This document shows positions 1-9,510 of a DNA stretch of 29,670 nucleotides, piece by piece (the stretch's first letter is position 1; each line of letters opens with the position of its first letter). The stretch lies in the IMG/VR virus record IMGVR_UViG_3300023256_000674, positions 1 through 29,670 of that record; one strand, given 5' to 3'. The DNA comes from a virus (Duplodnaviria; Caudoviricetes). The notes beneath the pieces are model-generated. The model was not told the origin of the DNA and did not search any database. It worked only from the letters and a program-made list of their open reading frames with translations. The translations under genes and the position numbers were made by a program.

Positions 1-295
1 CTGGTGGGATAATATCATCATTAGTTGTTATAAAATATTCTGACTTAACAAATTGAAATGCATAATCGAAAGCTCCAGCTATACTTCTTGTCTTTCCATC
101 GGTAATAGCTACAAATAATTTATCAATTCCATAATTAGTATTTACTAATTTATCCAAATATTCCTGAGTTCCATCAGTAGAATTATTATCAATAATTATC
201 ATTCTAAATGGAGTTTTTGTTCGTTCAATAAAAGCATTTACTGTTTTTTTCAATAAATCTATTCTATTCCAAGTTGGTGTAATTATATCTATCAT
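1..295 (-). CDS. Glycosyltransferase family 2 (GT-A), partial, runs off the window start
   Basis: Not in the ORF track. ATG at 295 overlaps the TGA of the upstream gene (ATGA). Reads MIDIITPTWNRIDLLKKTV..IIIDNNSTDGT..SEYFITTNDDIIPP, a typical GT2 N-terminus with an xDD motif; paralogue of 800..2092. Confidence 0.88.
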   Translation of the reverse strand, partial: MIDIITPTWNRIDLLKKTVNAFIERTKTPFRMIIIDNNSTDGTQEYLDKLVNTNYGIDKLFVAITDGKTRSIAGAFDYAFQFVKSEYFITTNDDIIPP

Positions 296-798
296 TTTTT
301 TCTTGCTACTGCATAAGTATCAAATAATTCCACACCATTAATTCTAGTACATTCTATAATTTCTAATCCTGCATTATTTAATAAAAATTTCATACCATCT
401 GGAAATATTCTCCAACAATCAATTGGGTCTTCGTGAAATCTACGATAATTTGGAACTATTATACAAATTAAATCTTTTGTAATCCTTTTTATTTCATTTA
501 CTATCTTTTGTAAATCTTCTACGTGTTCAAATGTATTACCAGAAATAATTATATCAAAACTATTATCTTTAAATGGATAATGATATAATTCTTTAGAAAC
601 TACATCAACATTGTTACCATCAATAATATCAAGTCCTATAAATTCCCAATTAGGATTATCAAAATATCTTCTAAATATTAAATTCTTTTCGGGTGGTGAT
701 ACATCTAAACTTCCTACTTCAAGAATTTTTAATTTCTTATTTGGGTCAAGATATTTTTTAACAAATCTTTTCATTGTATATAAACATTCATAATGCAT
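292..798 (-). CDS. Class I SAM-dependent methyltransferase (Methyltransf_11-like)
   Basis: ILEVGSLD motif I, IGLDI, YPFKDNSFDIIISGNTFEHVED. Confidence 0.85.
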   Translation of the reverse strand: MHYECLYTMKRFVKKYLDPNKKLKILEVGSLDVSPPEKNLIFRRYFDNPNWEFIGLDIIDGNNVDVVSKELYHYPFKDNSFDIIISGNTFEHVEDLQKIVNEIKRITKDLICIIVPNYRRFHEDPIDCWRIFPDGMKFLLNNAGLEIIECTRINGVELFDTYAVARKK

Positions 799-799
799 A

Positions 800-2092
800 T
801 CATTCTCTTTTTATTCCTACATAAATTAAAACTTTTTTACGCTTATCATTAACATCTCTTAATAATTCACATCTTATAGCCTTGAAATGTGGTTTAAATA
901 AATAATATAATATATCTTTTGTAAATGCGTATTTATGTCCATTTTTTACTCTAATATTTTGTGGTCTTGTTTCACCATCTGGAACTATAATAGCTATATG
1001 TCCACCTATCTTTATTACTCTAGCCCATTCATCAACTGTAGCTGGTGCATTAGGAAAATGCTCTAAACAATGACAACCAACTATATAATCTAATTGATTA
1101 TCATCAAACATCCATAAATCTGAACCATCGTGTACTATATCAACGTGTTCACCATAAGGATAAATATCTACTCCCAATGCAGTTGGATGACATTTTCTAT
1201 GTTGACCACAACCAATATCTAATCCAAAACCTTTACAATATTTTCCTAAAACATTTTGCTGGTCTAAAGTACTTTCATTATCATCTCTACCATTACTAAC
1301 TACCCATTCTTCCATTCTATTTAATTCGTGCCTATCATATGGATGATTTATTTTAATTGGATAATTACTTCGTCTATCAATGTCTGCATAGGGTTTATCA
1401 ATATGCTGTTGCATTTTAACTTCTCCACTATAAGTAAAGAAATCTTTTTTACCTTTTTCAAATCCTTTATTATCTACCATATATCCAGTATGGTCAGCAT
1501 ATAATTTTGTAACCATTGCTGTTTTCTTTTTTAAAACATTTCTAGCAATATCAATAAAACTTTGACTTTCCCAATGTTTACGTGTTCCAAAATCAACACC
1601 TTTTCTAAAGTCATCTCTTTTTTGTATTCTAAATACAGCAGGTAAACTTTTTGGAGAATTGACTAATTCCTTATCTTCATCAATAACTAATCTAGCATTT
1701 CTCTGTATTCTCATACAAAGTCCTGCATAATCATCCTCATATTTTTTGTAAATGTGCAATAATCTTTCTAGCCAACAAGGTCTTAAATCTGGTGGAATTA
1801 AATCATCTTGAGTAGTAATAAAATATTCACTCCTTACATATTTTAAACCTTCATTAAGAGCCATTGGCAATCCTAAATTTTCATCTAGTGCTAATCTCTT
1901 TTGAACATATCCTAATTTTTCCATTCTATTCAAATAATCGTGAGTTTCATTATTATCTTTTGAGCCATTATCAACTACAATTAAATTAAAAGGATACAAT
2001 GTTCTTTTATTTATTTCTTTAACTGTTCTTTTTAATAGATGTAATCTTTCAAATGTTACTAATATAATATCTATTGGTTCTTTTTTTTCCAT
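800..2092 (-). CDS. GT2 glycosyltransferase fused to a C-terminal class I SAM methyltransferase
   Basis: N-terminal IDIILVTFER..IVVDNGS..FITTQDD; C-terminal GLDIGCG..GVDI..LDYIVGCHCLEH..RVIKIGG. Confidence 0.88.
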   Translation of the reverse strand: MEKKEPIDIILVTFERLHLLKRTVKEINKRTLYPFNLIVVDNGSKDNNETHDYLNRMEKLGYVQKRLALDENLGLPMALNEGLKYVRSEYFITTQDDLIPPDLRPCWLERLLHIYKKYEDDYAGLCMRIQRNARLVIDEDKELVNSPKSLPAVFRIQKRDDFRKGVDFGTRKHWESQSFIDIARNVLKKKTAMVTKLYADHTGYMVDNKGFEKGKKDFFTYSGEVKMQQHIDKPYADIDRRSNYPIKINHPYDRHELNRMEEWVVSNGRDDNESTLDQQNVLGKYCKGFGLDIGCGQHRKCHPTALGVDIYPYGEHVDIVHDGSDLWMFDDNQLDYIVGCHCLEHFPNAPATVDEWARVIKIGGHIAIIVPDGETRPQNIRVKNGHKYAFTKDILYYLFKPHFKAIRCELLRDVNDKRKKVLIYVGIKRE

Positions 2093-2109
2093 ATCTTTAT
2101 TTTAGTTTG

Positions 2110-2781
2110 TTATAGTTCTAATTCTTTCCATTCAATATTGTCCATTATTTTATATAAATTATATACATCTACTCTTTTATTATAATTTTTATCTTCTATT
2201 TTTTTTGAAAAATAAGCTCTTTCTGTTTCTTTGTATCTTTTATCTTCGCTATATGTTAATACTTTATAAACTTCTAATCTAGTAAGATGAAATAAATCAA
2301 TCCAAACAAATGGTGGAAAACAAGAGAAATGAAACCAATCACTTTGCTTTATTGTTCCTTCAGCAATATAGTGTATTGATTTAGCTCCGACTTTCATTAC
2401 TCTATTCAATTCACAAAGTGCTATATATGGTGCAATACTATGTTCAAGGGTTTCTTTAGAATATACAAAATCAAATGTATTATCTTCAAATGGTAATTCG
2501 TGCATTTCTCCACGAACAATTTTATTATCTTCCATCTTTGCATCTTTAAATTCATTTTTATCGTAAGTAATACCAATAACATCAGTAAATCCTCTTTCCT
2601 TTAATACTTCTAATTCACAACCATCACCACAACCAAGCATTAAAATCTTTTTATATTTATATTCTTCTGGAATATTGTTTACTGCTTTTTCTATTTCATT
2701 ACTACGTCTTTCACTCTTTTTACCTCTATTAGTAGGATATATGGCAGAATCAACATATTTTAAAAACTTTTCTGTATTCAT
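2110..2781 (-). CDS. Class I SAM-dependent methyltransferase
   Basis: ILMLGCGDG motif I; GEMHELPFEDNTFDFVYSKETLEH; ELNRVMKVG. Confidence 0.88.
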   Translation of the reverse strand: MNTEKFLKYVDSAIYPTNRGKKSERRSNEIEKAVNNIPEEYKYKKILMLGCGDGCELEVLKERGFTDVIGITYDKNEFKDAKMEDNKIVRGEMHELPFEDNTFDFVYSKETLEHSIAPYIALCELNRVMKVGAKSIHYIAEGTIKQSDWFHFSCFPPFVWIDLFHLTRLEVYKVLTYSEDKRYKETERAYFSKKIEDKNYNKRVDVYNLYKIMDNIEWKELEL

Positions 2782-3137
2782 AATATTTTTTTTAAATCTT
2801 TATATTTTATTGTAAATATATAAGCACCTTTTTTATATAAATTGTCAACCTCTTTTAATTCAAATCCTAATGCCTTATAAAAATTTTGTGCTACTTCATT
2901 GTCTTTAGCAGTAAATCCAAATACAGAATATGGTTCTAAATTTTCACTTTTTAAATAAAGAATCATTTCTTTAATTAACTTTTTACCATAACCTTTTCTT
3001 TTTTCATAAGCCTCTATATCAAATAATTCAATATTATTAGCAGTTCCTAATCTAAAAATTATATGACCCATATCACCAAAATAAAGTGTATGTACTTTTT
3101 CAAATGGTTTCATTTTTTCTTTTAATTCATTCATCAT
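2778..3137 (-). CDS. GNAT family acetyltransferase
   Basis: Acetyl-CoA motif KRKGYGKKLI and NEVAQNFYKALGF. Confidence 0.85.
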   Translation of the reverse strand: MMNELKEKMKPFEKVHTLYFGDMGHIIFRLGTANNIELFDIEAYEKRKGYGKKLIKEMILYLKSENLEPYSVFGFTAKDNEVAQNFYKALGFELKEVDNLYKKGAYIFTIKYKDLKKIL

Positions 3138-3997
3138 AATATTTCTTCTAATCTTTTTTTAATAGCTAATGCCATCGCTTCAGGAGTGTATCTATCTATT
3201 GCTAATTTATAAGCACCTTTTACATCTGGTTTTAATACACCATAATACATTTTTTGTAATTTATCTTTTAAATCTTCTAAATTATCTGTCTTAAAATATA
3301 TAGCAGTATCTTCAAAACATTCCTTGCAAGCTTCTATATCTGATAATAATAATGGCTTTTTACAATAAGCAGCCTCTATAGCACTTAAAGTTGCATTACT
3401 TTCCTCATTAGCAGCCATAACTAATAATCTACATCCTTTTAATATTTTTATATATTCTTCTCTGCTATATTTTTTCGGATGACAAGATATATATGGTATT
3501 TTTAAATCTTCGCAAGCCTTCTCAAACAAATTAAATCTTTTATATCTTTTATCTCGTCTTGAAGCTTGAACTACATAATCACCAGTTATATTTTCTCCAT
3601 TTTTAAATTCATCAAATACAGAACAAGCATAAATAGTATAATGTTTAATTCCTAATTCTCTTTCACACAATTTTGCAGTATCATCAGAAGCAGTCCAAAC
3701 ATCAATACTCTTTTTCATAAATTCAATTAAATCTAACCAAACACCTTCTGTCTTATTAATAAATGAAAACCAATCCCAATTATAAGTAATTATTGGTATA
3801 TCTGGATATTTATTATGTAGCTTTTCAAAAAGTTTAATAACAGATTGTGTCATACAAATAATTACATCACAATCACTTGTACAGTCATTATCAATAACTT
3901 CAACTCCAACTTTTTTTAATTCATCACTAACCCACCATAACCAATTTCTATTAAATGTATATTGACCTTCAGTTGGAAATAAAAAACTTATTTTCAT
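3134..3997 (-). CDS. GT-B (GT4-like) glycosyltransferase
   Basis: EESNATLSAIEAAYCKKPLLLSDI is the E-x7-E-like motif of retaining GT4 enzymes. Confidence 0.82.
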   Translation of the reverse strand: MKISFLFPTEGQYTFNRNWLWWVSDELKKVGVEVIDNDCTSDCDVIICMTQSVIKLFEKLHNKYPDIPIITYNWDWFSFINKTEGVWLDLIEFMKKSIDVWTASDDTAKLCERELGIKHYTIYACSVFDEFKNGENITGDYVVQASRRDKRYKRFNLFEKACEDLKIPYISCHPKKYSREEYIKILKGCRLLVMAANEESNATLSAIEAAYCKKPLLLSDIEACKECFEDTAIYFKTDNLEDLKDKLQKMYYGVLKPDVKGAYKLAIDRYTPEAMALAIKKRLEEIL

Positions 3998-4893
3998 ATT
4001 TTTTGTAATAATTTCTTACATCTTTTTTTATATGTAAAATGTTTTCTACAATGAAAAAAACCATTTAATCTTATTTCTTCTCTTTCATAATTATGAGTTA
4101 AATAATAATTTATCTTTTCTTTTAATTCTTCTAAATTTCTATCTTTATAAAGAACTAAATGTTTACCATCAATAAATTCTTTTTCTAATCCTTTAACATA
4201 TTGAGTTATTAAAAATCCACCACGACCTAAAGTTTCATAAACTCTATTACTCCAATATCCATCAGTATCGAATGTATTATCACCTATTACTATTTTTGTA
4301 TTAGCAAATAAATCATTTAATTTATCTTGACGAATTATCGATTTTTTATTATGACCTACAAGTTTGAATCTATTACCATAAGTATTTTTCAAAAAATCAA
4401 TTAATTTTTTTCTTGTTTTTACATGATTATAATTTCCAACAAATAAAATATCTATTTTTTTTTCATAATAATTACTAATATATGCTTCATCTTGAAATAT
4501 TCCTTGTCTAATACATTTATGATTTATACCTAATTCTTTAAATTCTTTTTGATGTCCTCCGTCAGTAGTAAAAAGATAATCACATTTAGTTATCCAAGGT
4601 CTTTTTAACCAAGATTTTTCTCTTATCGTATTTATAAAATTGTCAAAGAACCAACAAACTGTAGGAATATTTATTTTCTTAAATAATTTTTCTATATCCC
4701 CATCTATTCTTAACTTTGCATATAACAAAAAATCATAATTATTTTCATTAATTTCTTTTAGTATTTCTCTATTTGTTAGTTCTCTTTCATTTAATCTCTT
4801 TACATAATGTCCTAATTGTTCAAATGATTTTGCTATATATTCTTCTGTGTTCCAAGATTTTAAAAAATTACCAATATATAAAATTTTCTTCAT
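3994..4893 (-). CDS. GT-B glycosyltransferase (CgeB/Glyco_trans_1_2-like)
   Basis: IDILFVG, YWSNRVYETLGRGGFLIT, KINYYL..EREEIRLNG..HFTYKKR. Confidence 0.82.
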   Translation of the reverse strand: MKKILYIGNFLKSWNTEEYIAKSFEQLGHYVKRLNERELTNREILKEINENNYDFLLYAKLRIDGDIEKLFKKINIPTVCWFFDNFINTIREKSWLKRPWITKCDYLFTTDGGHQKEFKELGINHKCIRQGIFQDEAYISNYYEKKIDILFVGNYNHVKTRKKLIDFLKNTYGNRFKLVGHNKKSIIRQDKLNDLFANTKIVIGDNTFDTDGYWSNRVYETLGRGGFLITQYVKGLEKEFIDGKHLVLYKDRNLEELKEKINYYLTHNYEREEIRLNGFFHCRKHFTYKKRCKKLLQKI

Positions 4894-5321
4894 ATTAAAT
4901 CACTGTCTAATTCACTAAATTTTGTTATCCTTACACCTCTCATACAGATACCTGCATATTCTGGATTTGCTTTTATTGTTTCTAATTCTCGTTCCAACCA
5001 ACAAGGCGTTGTTTTTGGTGCTATAACATCATCAGTACATACTACAAAATAATCACTTTCTACTCTTTTTAGTGCTCTTTGATAACTTTTCCCAAGACCT
5101 AAATTTTTTGATAAAAATATTACTTCATCAATTATTTCTTTCTCCATTGCATCTAATAACCATTCCTTAGTTCCATCATAAGAATTATTATCAACAACTA
5201 TTACCCTATGAGGATACTTTGTTCTTACATTTATTGCTTTAATAGTTTTTTTTAATAATCTTAATCTATTATATGTCACAACAATAATATCAATTTTCTT
5301 TTCTCCACCAATATCTTTCAT
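4890..5321 (-). CDS. GT2 glycosyltransferase, N-terminal half of a split and permuted gene
   Basis: Likely start is ATG at 5321 (MKDIGGEKKIDIIVVTYNR), within ORF 4890..5357. Has VVDNNSYDGT and VVCTDD; aligns by eye to about aa 5-143 of 800..2092 and then stops. Confidence 0.78.
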   Translation of the reverse strand: MKDIGGEKKIDIIVVTYNRLRLLKKTIKAINVRTKYPHRVIVVDNNSYDGTKEWLLDAMEKEIIDEVIFLSKNLGLGKSYQRALKRVESDYFVVCTDDVIAPKTTPCWLERELETIKANPEYAGICMRGVRITKFSELDSDLI

Positions 5322-5562
5322 AAGTTTTATAATTAGTAAATCCTTCTTTATATCCATTATTAGATAGCTTCCAATGAAGTACTACAAATTTATCTTCTTT
5401 TGAAAATACACCAACTTTATAACTAGCATTTTCTGCTCTTTTAACAAATTCTCTTGACTCCATTTGCTTATCACTAAAACCAATCTCTTTCATAATTTTA
5501 GTATTGTGTATTCTGAAATTACTAGGACAATTACCGTGTCGTGAACTTGTTATTCCTTGCAT
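5290..5562 (-). CDS. GT2 glycosyltransferase, C-terminal half, encoded upstream of the N-terminal half
   Basis: CPSNFRIH..ESREF..A.N..H..NNGYKEG..TY aligns to LPAVFRIQ..ESQSF..ARN..H..NKGFEKG..TY of 800..2092 (about aa 144-222). Confidence 0.7.
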   Translation of the reverse strand: MQGITSSRHGNCPSNFRIHNTKIMKEIGFSDKQMESREFVKRAENASYKVGVFSKEDKFVVLHWKLSNNGYKEGFTNYKTYERYWWRKEN

Positions 5563-6542
5563 AGATTTTCAAAAACTTTTAAATATTTGGGAAGCATATT
5601 CTTCCAACTTATACTTTCAGCATATTTATCCATTAAATTAGAATAATAATTTATTTGCTTTGGAGACCAATTAATTACTTCATTTATTTTATTGAATATA
5701 TCATCTTGATTAAAATAATATCTATCAATTTTTCTATATAACATTAATTTATCTTGTTTATATGGTTTTACAAGTAAGTCTTTAGGTAAAAATGTATTGT
5801 TAGGATATACATCACTTGAAATTACTGGCATTCCACAAGACATAGCCTCTTGAATAGGTAAACATAAACCATTAAATTTAGTTACCATAATAAAAATATC
5901 TCCTTCTTTATATAAATCTTGATAATTTACTATATCGCCCTCTAAGACTTTTATATTAGAATTACTATATTCTATAGGTACTTGACTATTTATGGTTAAT
6001 TTAACGTTTTCTTTTAACTTAGAAAGTGCATTAAGTGTCTCTTCAACATTATTTCTTTCATATCTACCACCATGACCAATATTAAACAAAATATTTTTAA
6101 TATTAGATATTTTTCTTTTTTTTAATTTTTCTCTATTTACTGGTATATTTAAAAACACCTTAGACCCATTAATAACATCATAATCCAATAAACTTGGACA
6201 AATATACAAATCAGGTTTAGGTGCTTTATCTTTTAGATACTCGTACATTGGAATCAATATACTTTTGACACCCATTTCCGTGGCAATGTCAAATGTATTC
6301 CAATTATAAGGAGTTTCAAAGGCAATAACTAAATCTAATCCATTTAAAAATTCTCTAACCTTTTCGTCACTAAACTCCTTTTTATCGAGGCACTCTCCTT
6401 CAGGATATCTGTCTGGATAATATTTATACTTTCTGTTAAATAGTAATATTGTTTTTTTTGGTTTTAAATGGTCATAAAATTCTTGAGTTAATATACCAAG
6501 ACCACAATTATCTGCTCTTCCTATTATTCCTATTTTTAACAT
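5550..6542 (-). CDS. GT4-like glycosyltransferase
   Basis: DIFIMVTKFNGLCLPIQEAMSCGMPVISSD. Confidence 0.87.
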   Translation of the reverse strand: MLKIGIIGRADNCGLGILTQEFYDHLKPKKTILLFNRKYKYYPDRYPEGECLDKKEFSDEKVREFLNGLDLVIAFETPYNWNTFDIATEMGVKSILIPMYEYLKDKAPKPDLYICPSLLDYDVINGSKVFLNIPVNREKLKKRKISNIKNILFNIGHGGRYERNNVEETLNALSKLKENVKLTINSQVPIEYSNSNIKVLEGDIVNYQDLYKEGDIFIMVTKFNGLCLPIQEAMSCGMPVISSDVYPNNTFLPKDLLVKPYKQDKLMLYRKIDRYYFNQDDIFNKINEVINWSPKQINYYSNLMDKYAESISWKNMLPKYLKVFENLCKE

Positions 6543-6543
6543 A

Positions 6544-7731
6544 TCAATAATCTTCGTTAAGTAAGACTTCTAACTGATTCGAATAAATTGAATCTAAATT
6601 AGTAATCCTCATTATTTTCTTTTGTTGTTGTAATGGCTTACTACTTAACAATTCTTGATGTATTGTTTTAGCAAGATAGCCATATTCACCGAGTTGTCTA
6701 TAACTAAAATCAGCTTTAATTACAGAACCAAACGGATATCCTAAACAAGTTTTACCTTCTTCACCAAAATCAAACAAAGCTGGAAATGATTTATTTAGAA
6801 CCAATAATTGTTTACACATACTTGCTTCTAAAAGAACATTCGAACATACTTCGCTTAAAGTAGGAAAAATAAATATATTTGAAATCAACATTAAATCCCT
6901 AACTACTTGTCTTGGTACTTGTCTTAAAGTTTCCTCAGACAAAGTTGAAGTAAAAAATATTTCATCTTCTGTCAAACCATGACGTTTTGCCAATTCTATT
7001 TTTTGTTTTATTTTATCACTTGCATTTTTAGCATTAGAATTACACACTATCAGCAACACTTTATTATTTAATTTTTTTAATGCACCAAATACTCTTATGA
7101 CGTGGTCTAATCCTTTACTATCCATTCTTGTAGAACATAAAGGATATGTTTGTATAATATCTCTATTAAATAAATCAATTTTCTCAGATATTTGTTTTGT
7201 AATATCGTGCCAGTCAAAGAATAATGATGGGTCTTTATCATTAAATACTACCCTTACATCATCGACATCTAAACCAATTGATTTAGCCCACCTAGATACA
7301 TCAGTATAATTCATATAGATATATTTAGCATGTGGCATTTTAATATTTAGATTATCCCTATTACCACTATGAGCCCAATGTATCCATTTAGTATCTATAT
7401 TGCTTTCCATAATTGCTGCTCTATGAGTAGCATATGATTGTAAGTACATTAAATCGTGAGTAATTACCACATCATATTGTGATAATTCATCCTTAATAAA
7501 TTTTATTAATATCTCCTTATACTTTTCATTGACCACATTCTTTTCAAGTTTGAAGTGAGGGACTAGAGTTTTCATTTCACACTCTATCCCTCTGCCTTCA
7601 CAACCTGTCTGAGCATAAAATACGACATTATGCCCATATTTTTTAAGAGTTTTAATTTGGTCAATTACATCATTTACCAGAGAATATGATTCTGGCATTT
7701 TACGAAAAGTAGTAAAAATTGCAATTTTCAT
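6544..7731 (-). CDS. GT4-like glycosyltransferase
   Basis: KGLDHVIRVF, NIFIFPTLSEVCSNVLLEASM (E-x7-E); N-terminal LKKYGHNVVFY. Confidence 0.85.
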   Translation of the reverse strand: MKIAIFTTFRKMPESYSLVNDVIDQIKTLKKYGHNVVFYAQTGCEGRGIECEMKTLVPHFKLEKNVVNEKYKEILIKFIKDELSQYDVVITHDLMYLQSYATHRAAIMESNIDTKWIHWAHSGNRDNLNIKMPHAKYIYMNYTDVSRWAKSIGLDVDDVRVVFNDKDPSLFFDWHDITKQISEKIDLFNRDIIQTYPLCSTRMDSKGLDHVIRVFGALKKLNNKVLLIVCNSNAKNASDKIKQKIELAKRHGLTEDEIFFTSTLSEETLRQVPRQVVRDLMLISNIFIFPTLSEVCSNVLLEASMCKQLLVLNKSFPALFDFGEEGKTCLGYPFGSVIKADFSYRQLGEYGYLAKTIHQELLSSKPLQQQKKIMRITNLDSIYSNQLEVLLNEDY

Positions 7732-7765
7732 TTTATTGTTTTGTTAATATTCTTTTTTTATATCA

Positions 7766-9145
7766 TTAAGCTACAGTAGTTGTACTACTTGTAGACGAAC
7801 TTGTTGAACTTGAACTTGAACTACTCGTTGAACTAGAAGTACTAGACGAAGTTGAGCTTGATGAGCTAGAACTTGTTGAACTAGAAGTACTTGAACTAGA
7901 TGAACTTGAAGTTGACGATGAAGTTGAGCTACTTGAGCTTGAACTTGTAGAACTAGACGAACTAGAACTTGTCGAACTTGAAGTTGATGAACTCGATGAG
8001 CTAGATGTTGACGAACTAGAGCTTGATGAAGTTGAACTTGAAGTACTTGAACTTGTCGAACTTGAAGTTGATGAGGTAGTTGAACTAGAAGTACTTGAAC
8101 TTGTTGAACTTGAACTTGATGAACTTGTCGAACTTGTAGTACTAGAACTTGTTGAACTACTCGTAGATGAACTAGATGAACTTGAAGTACTAGAACTTGA
8201 TGATGAACTTGTTGAACTAGATGAACTTGATGAAGTTGAACTTGTAGTAGATGTAGTATAAACAGGATAGCTACTTGGAGTAAATAAGAAACCCCTTACA
8301 GCAATTAAAGCTGAACCAGTAGCGGCATCAGCTCTTCCTCTAATTCTAATTCTACAATGTTCCTTTACAATTATTTCTTGACGTAAATGAAACGACTCAG
8401 CATTCATCTCATTGATATTACCAATAGGATAAAATCTCTCTATATAATAAGTCATTCCACCAATTGTTACTGGCTCTTGAATATACAAACCAGTAATAAC
8501 TTCATTGTCATTTGCAGTACCATCAGCTAAAGATTTTTCTATATCAGTAATTACAAAATATTTGTCATCTGGTACATAGTAATAACCATTCATTGATTCT
8601 GTGTATATCTTTAAAATTCTTAAATATAAAGTACCACCACCAGTTCCTTGCAAATCAATATTTCCAGAAGGAATTATAATAGTTGTAGATGTAAATTTAA
8701 CAATTTCTATTCTAATTGGTAACAATATATCTGTTGCTAAAACAGTATTAGGTGTAGTACCAGCTAAAAGTACATCTTGATAATCTTCTTCCCAACTAGT
8801 ATTAAGATAATGAACTCTTACTACTTCAGCACCGAATCCACCAAGTTGGTCTGCATTATCATCAGAAACAATTTCTAATGTAATAGCTGCCGCAGGTGCT
8901 ACATAATTATTATCTGCATTGTAACAACCTATATCTTCCCAAGTAGTGCCAATAGCACCATTTCTTCCAAGTATTTTTACACCTTTACCATCAAGATATA
9001 ATCTTCCACCTTCGGAAACACTTTGACTTACTCTGTTATGGTCAAATCCTTGTTCAACAAAACCATTTGCAACGTTTACAACTGTTCCATCCCTTTGAAA
9101 TCTTTTACCATTCTGAGGACTCATATTTTGATAATCATCTGACAT
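7766..9145 (-). CDS. Putative virion (head decoration or fibre) protein with a C-terminal 161-aa pure Ser/Thr mucin-like tract
   Basis: Second gene after the major capsid gene. Beta-rich, Gly/Thr/Ala-rich N-terminal ~296 aa, no obvious signal peptide or TM segment; aa 297-457 are only S or T. The virion role is inferred from position. Confidence 0.6.
   Translation of the reverse strand: MSDDYQNMSPQNGKRFQRDGTVVNVANGFVEQGFDHNRVSQSVSEGGRLYLDGKGVKILGRNGAIGTTWEDIGCYNADNNYVAPAAAITLEIVSDDNADQLGGFGAEVVRVHYLNTSWEEDYQDVLLAGTTPNTVLATDILLPIRIEIVKFTSTTIIIPSGNIDLQGTGGGTLYLRILKIYTESMNGYYYVPDDKYFVITDIEKSLADGTANDNEVITGLYIQEPVTIGGMTYYIERFYPIGNINEMNAESFHLRQEIIVKEHCRIRIRGRADAATGSALIAVRGFLFTPSSYPVYTTSTTSSTSSSSSSSTSSSSSSSTSSSSSSSTSSSTSSSTTSSTSSSSSSSTSSSTSSSTTSSTSSSTSSSTSSSTSSSSSSSTSSSSSSSTSSSTSSSSSSSTSSSSSSSTSSSTSSSSSSSTSSSTSSSSSSSTSSSTSSSTSSSSSSSTSSSTSSTTTVA
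7775..8257 (-). repeat. Low-complexity coding repeat (TSSS/TSSSSSSS)n
   Basis: 161 codons, all Ser or Thr. Thr recurs mostly every 4 or 8 residues; TCN and AGY codons are interleaved. Confidence 0.95.
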
Positions 9146-9165
9146 ATTGTTTTTGTTAAATTGAT

Positions 9166-9393
9166 TTAATTAATTAGAAAACGACCTCCTTTTATACTAG
9201 ATTTTACTTTAGTATCATTCGGCGATGAACCAAATGTTTTAGTCGTTCCCATTTTTGGTTTGACTAGAAAATCTATGTTTTCTACTTTCCTTGCTATTTC
9301 ATTTTTTATTAAATCGTTTGCGGTATTTTTAGATACGCTAATCATTTCTCCTTTATTGTTATTTTCGTATTGTTTTAATAAATATACTCTCAT
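9166..9393 (-). CDS. Small phage head-associated protein; N-terminus resembles the ribosomal bL9 N-domain fold
   Basis: MRVYLLKQY..KGEMISVSKNTANDLIKNEIA resembles the bL9-N pattern MKVILL..GxxGEVVEV..GYARNFLIP..LA; directly follows the capsid gene. Confidence 0.5.
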   Translation of the reverse strand: MRVYLLKQYENNNKGEMISVSKNTANDLIKNEIARKVENIDFLVKPKMGTTKTFGSSPNDTKVKSSIKGGRFLIN

Positions 9394-9465
9394 AATGTTT
9401 ATTTTATTGACTTTTACCTTATTCTGTAACGTTCTGTTACAAGACGTTACGAAGTGTTGTAAGAA

Positions 9466-9510
9466 GAGAAGTTAAGTTAAGAGAAGTTAAGTTAAGTTAA
9501 GTTAAGAGAA
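9466..9510. repeat. Pentamer tandem array GAGAA/GTTAA x9
   Basis: gagaa gttaa gttaa gagaa gttaa gttaa gttaa gttaa gagaa; intergenic. Confidence 0.9.

Noticed and set aside
7775-8257. Repeat region as a CRISPR array or non-coding satellite
   Set aside because: There are no constant repeats with unique spacers; it is in-frame Ser/Thr coding sequence.
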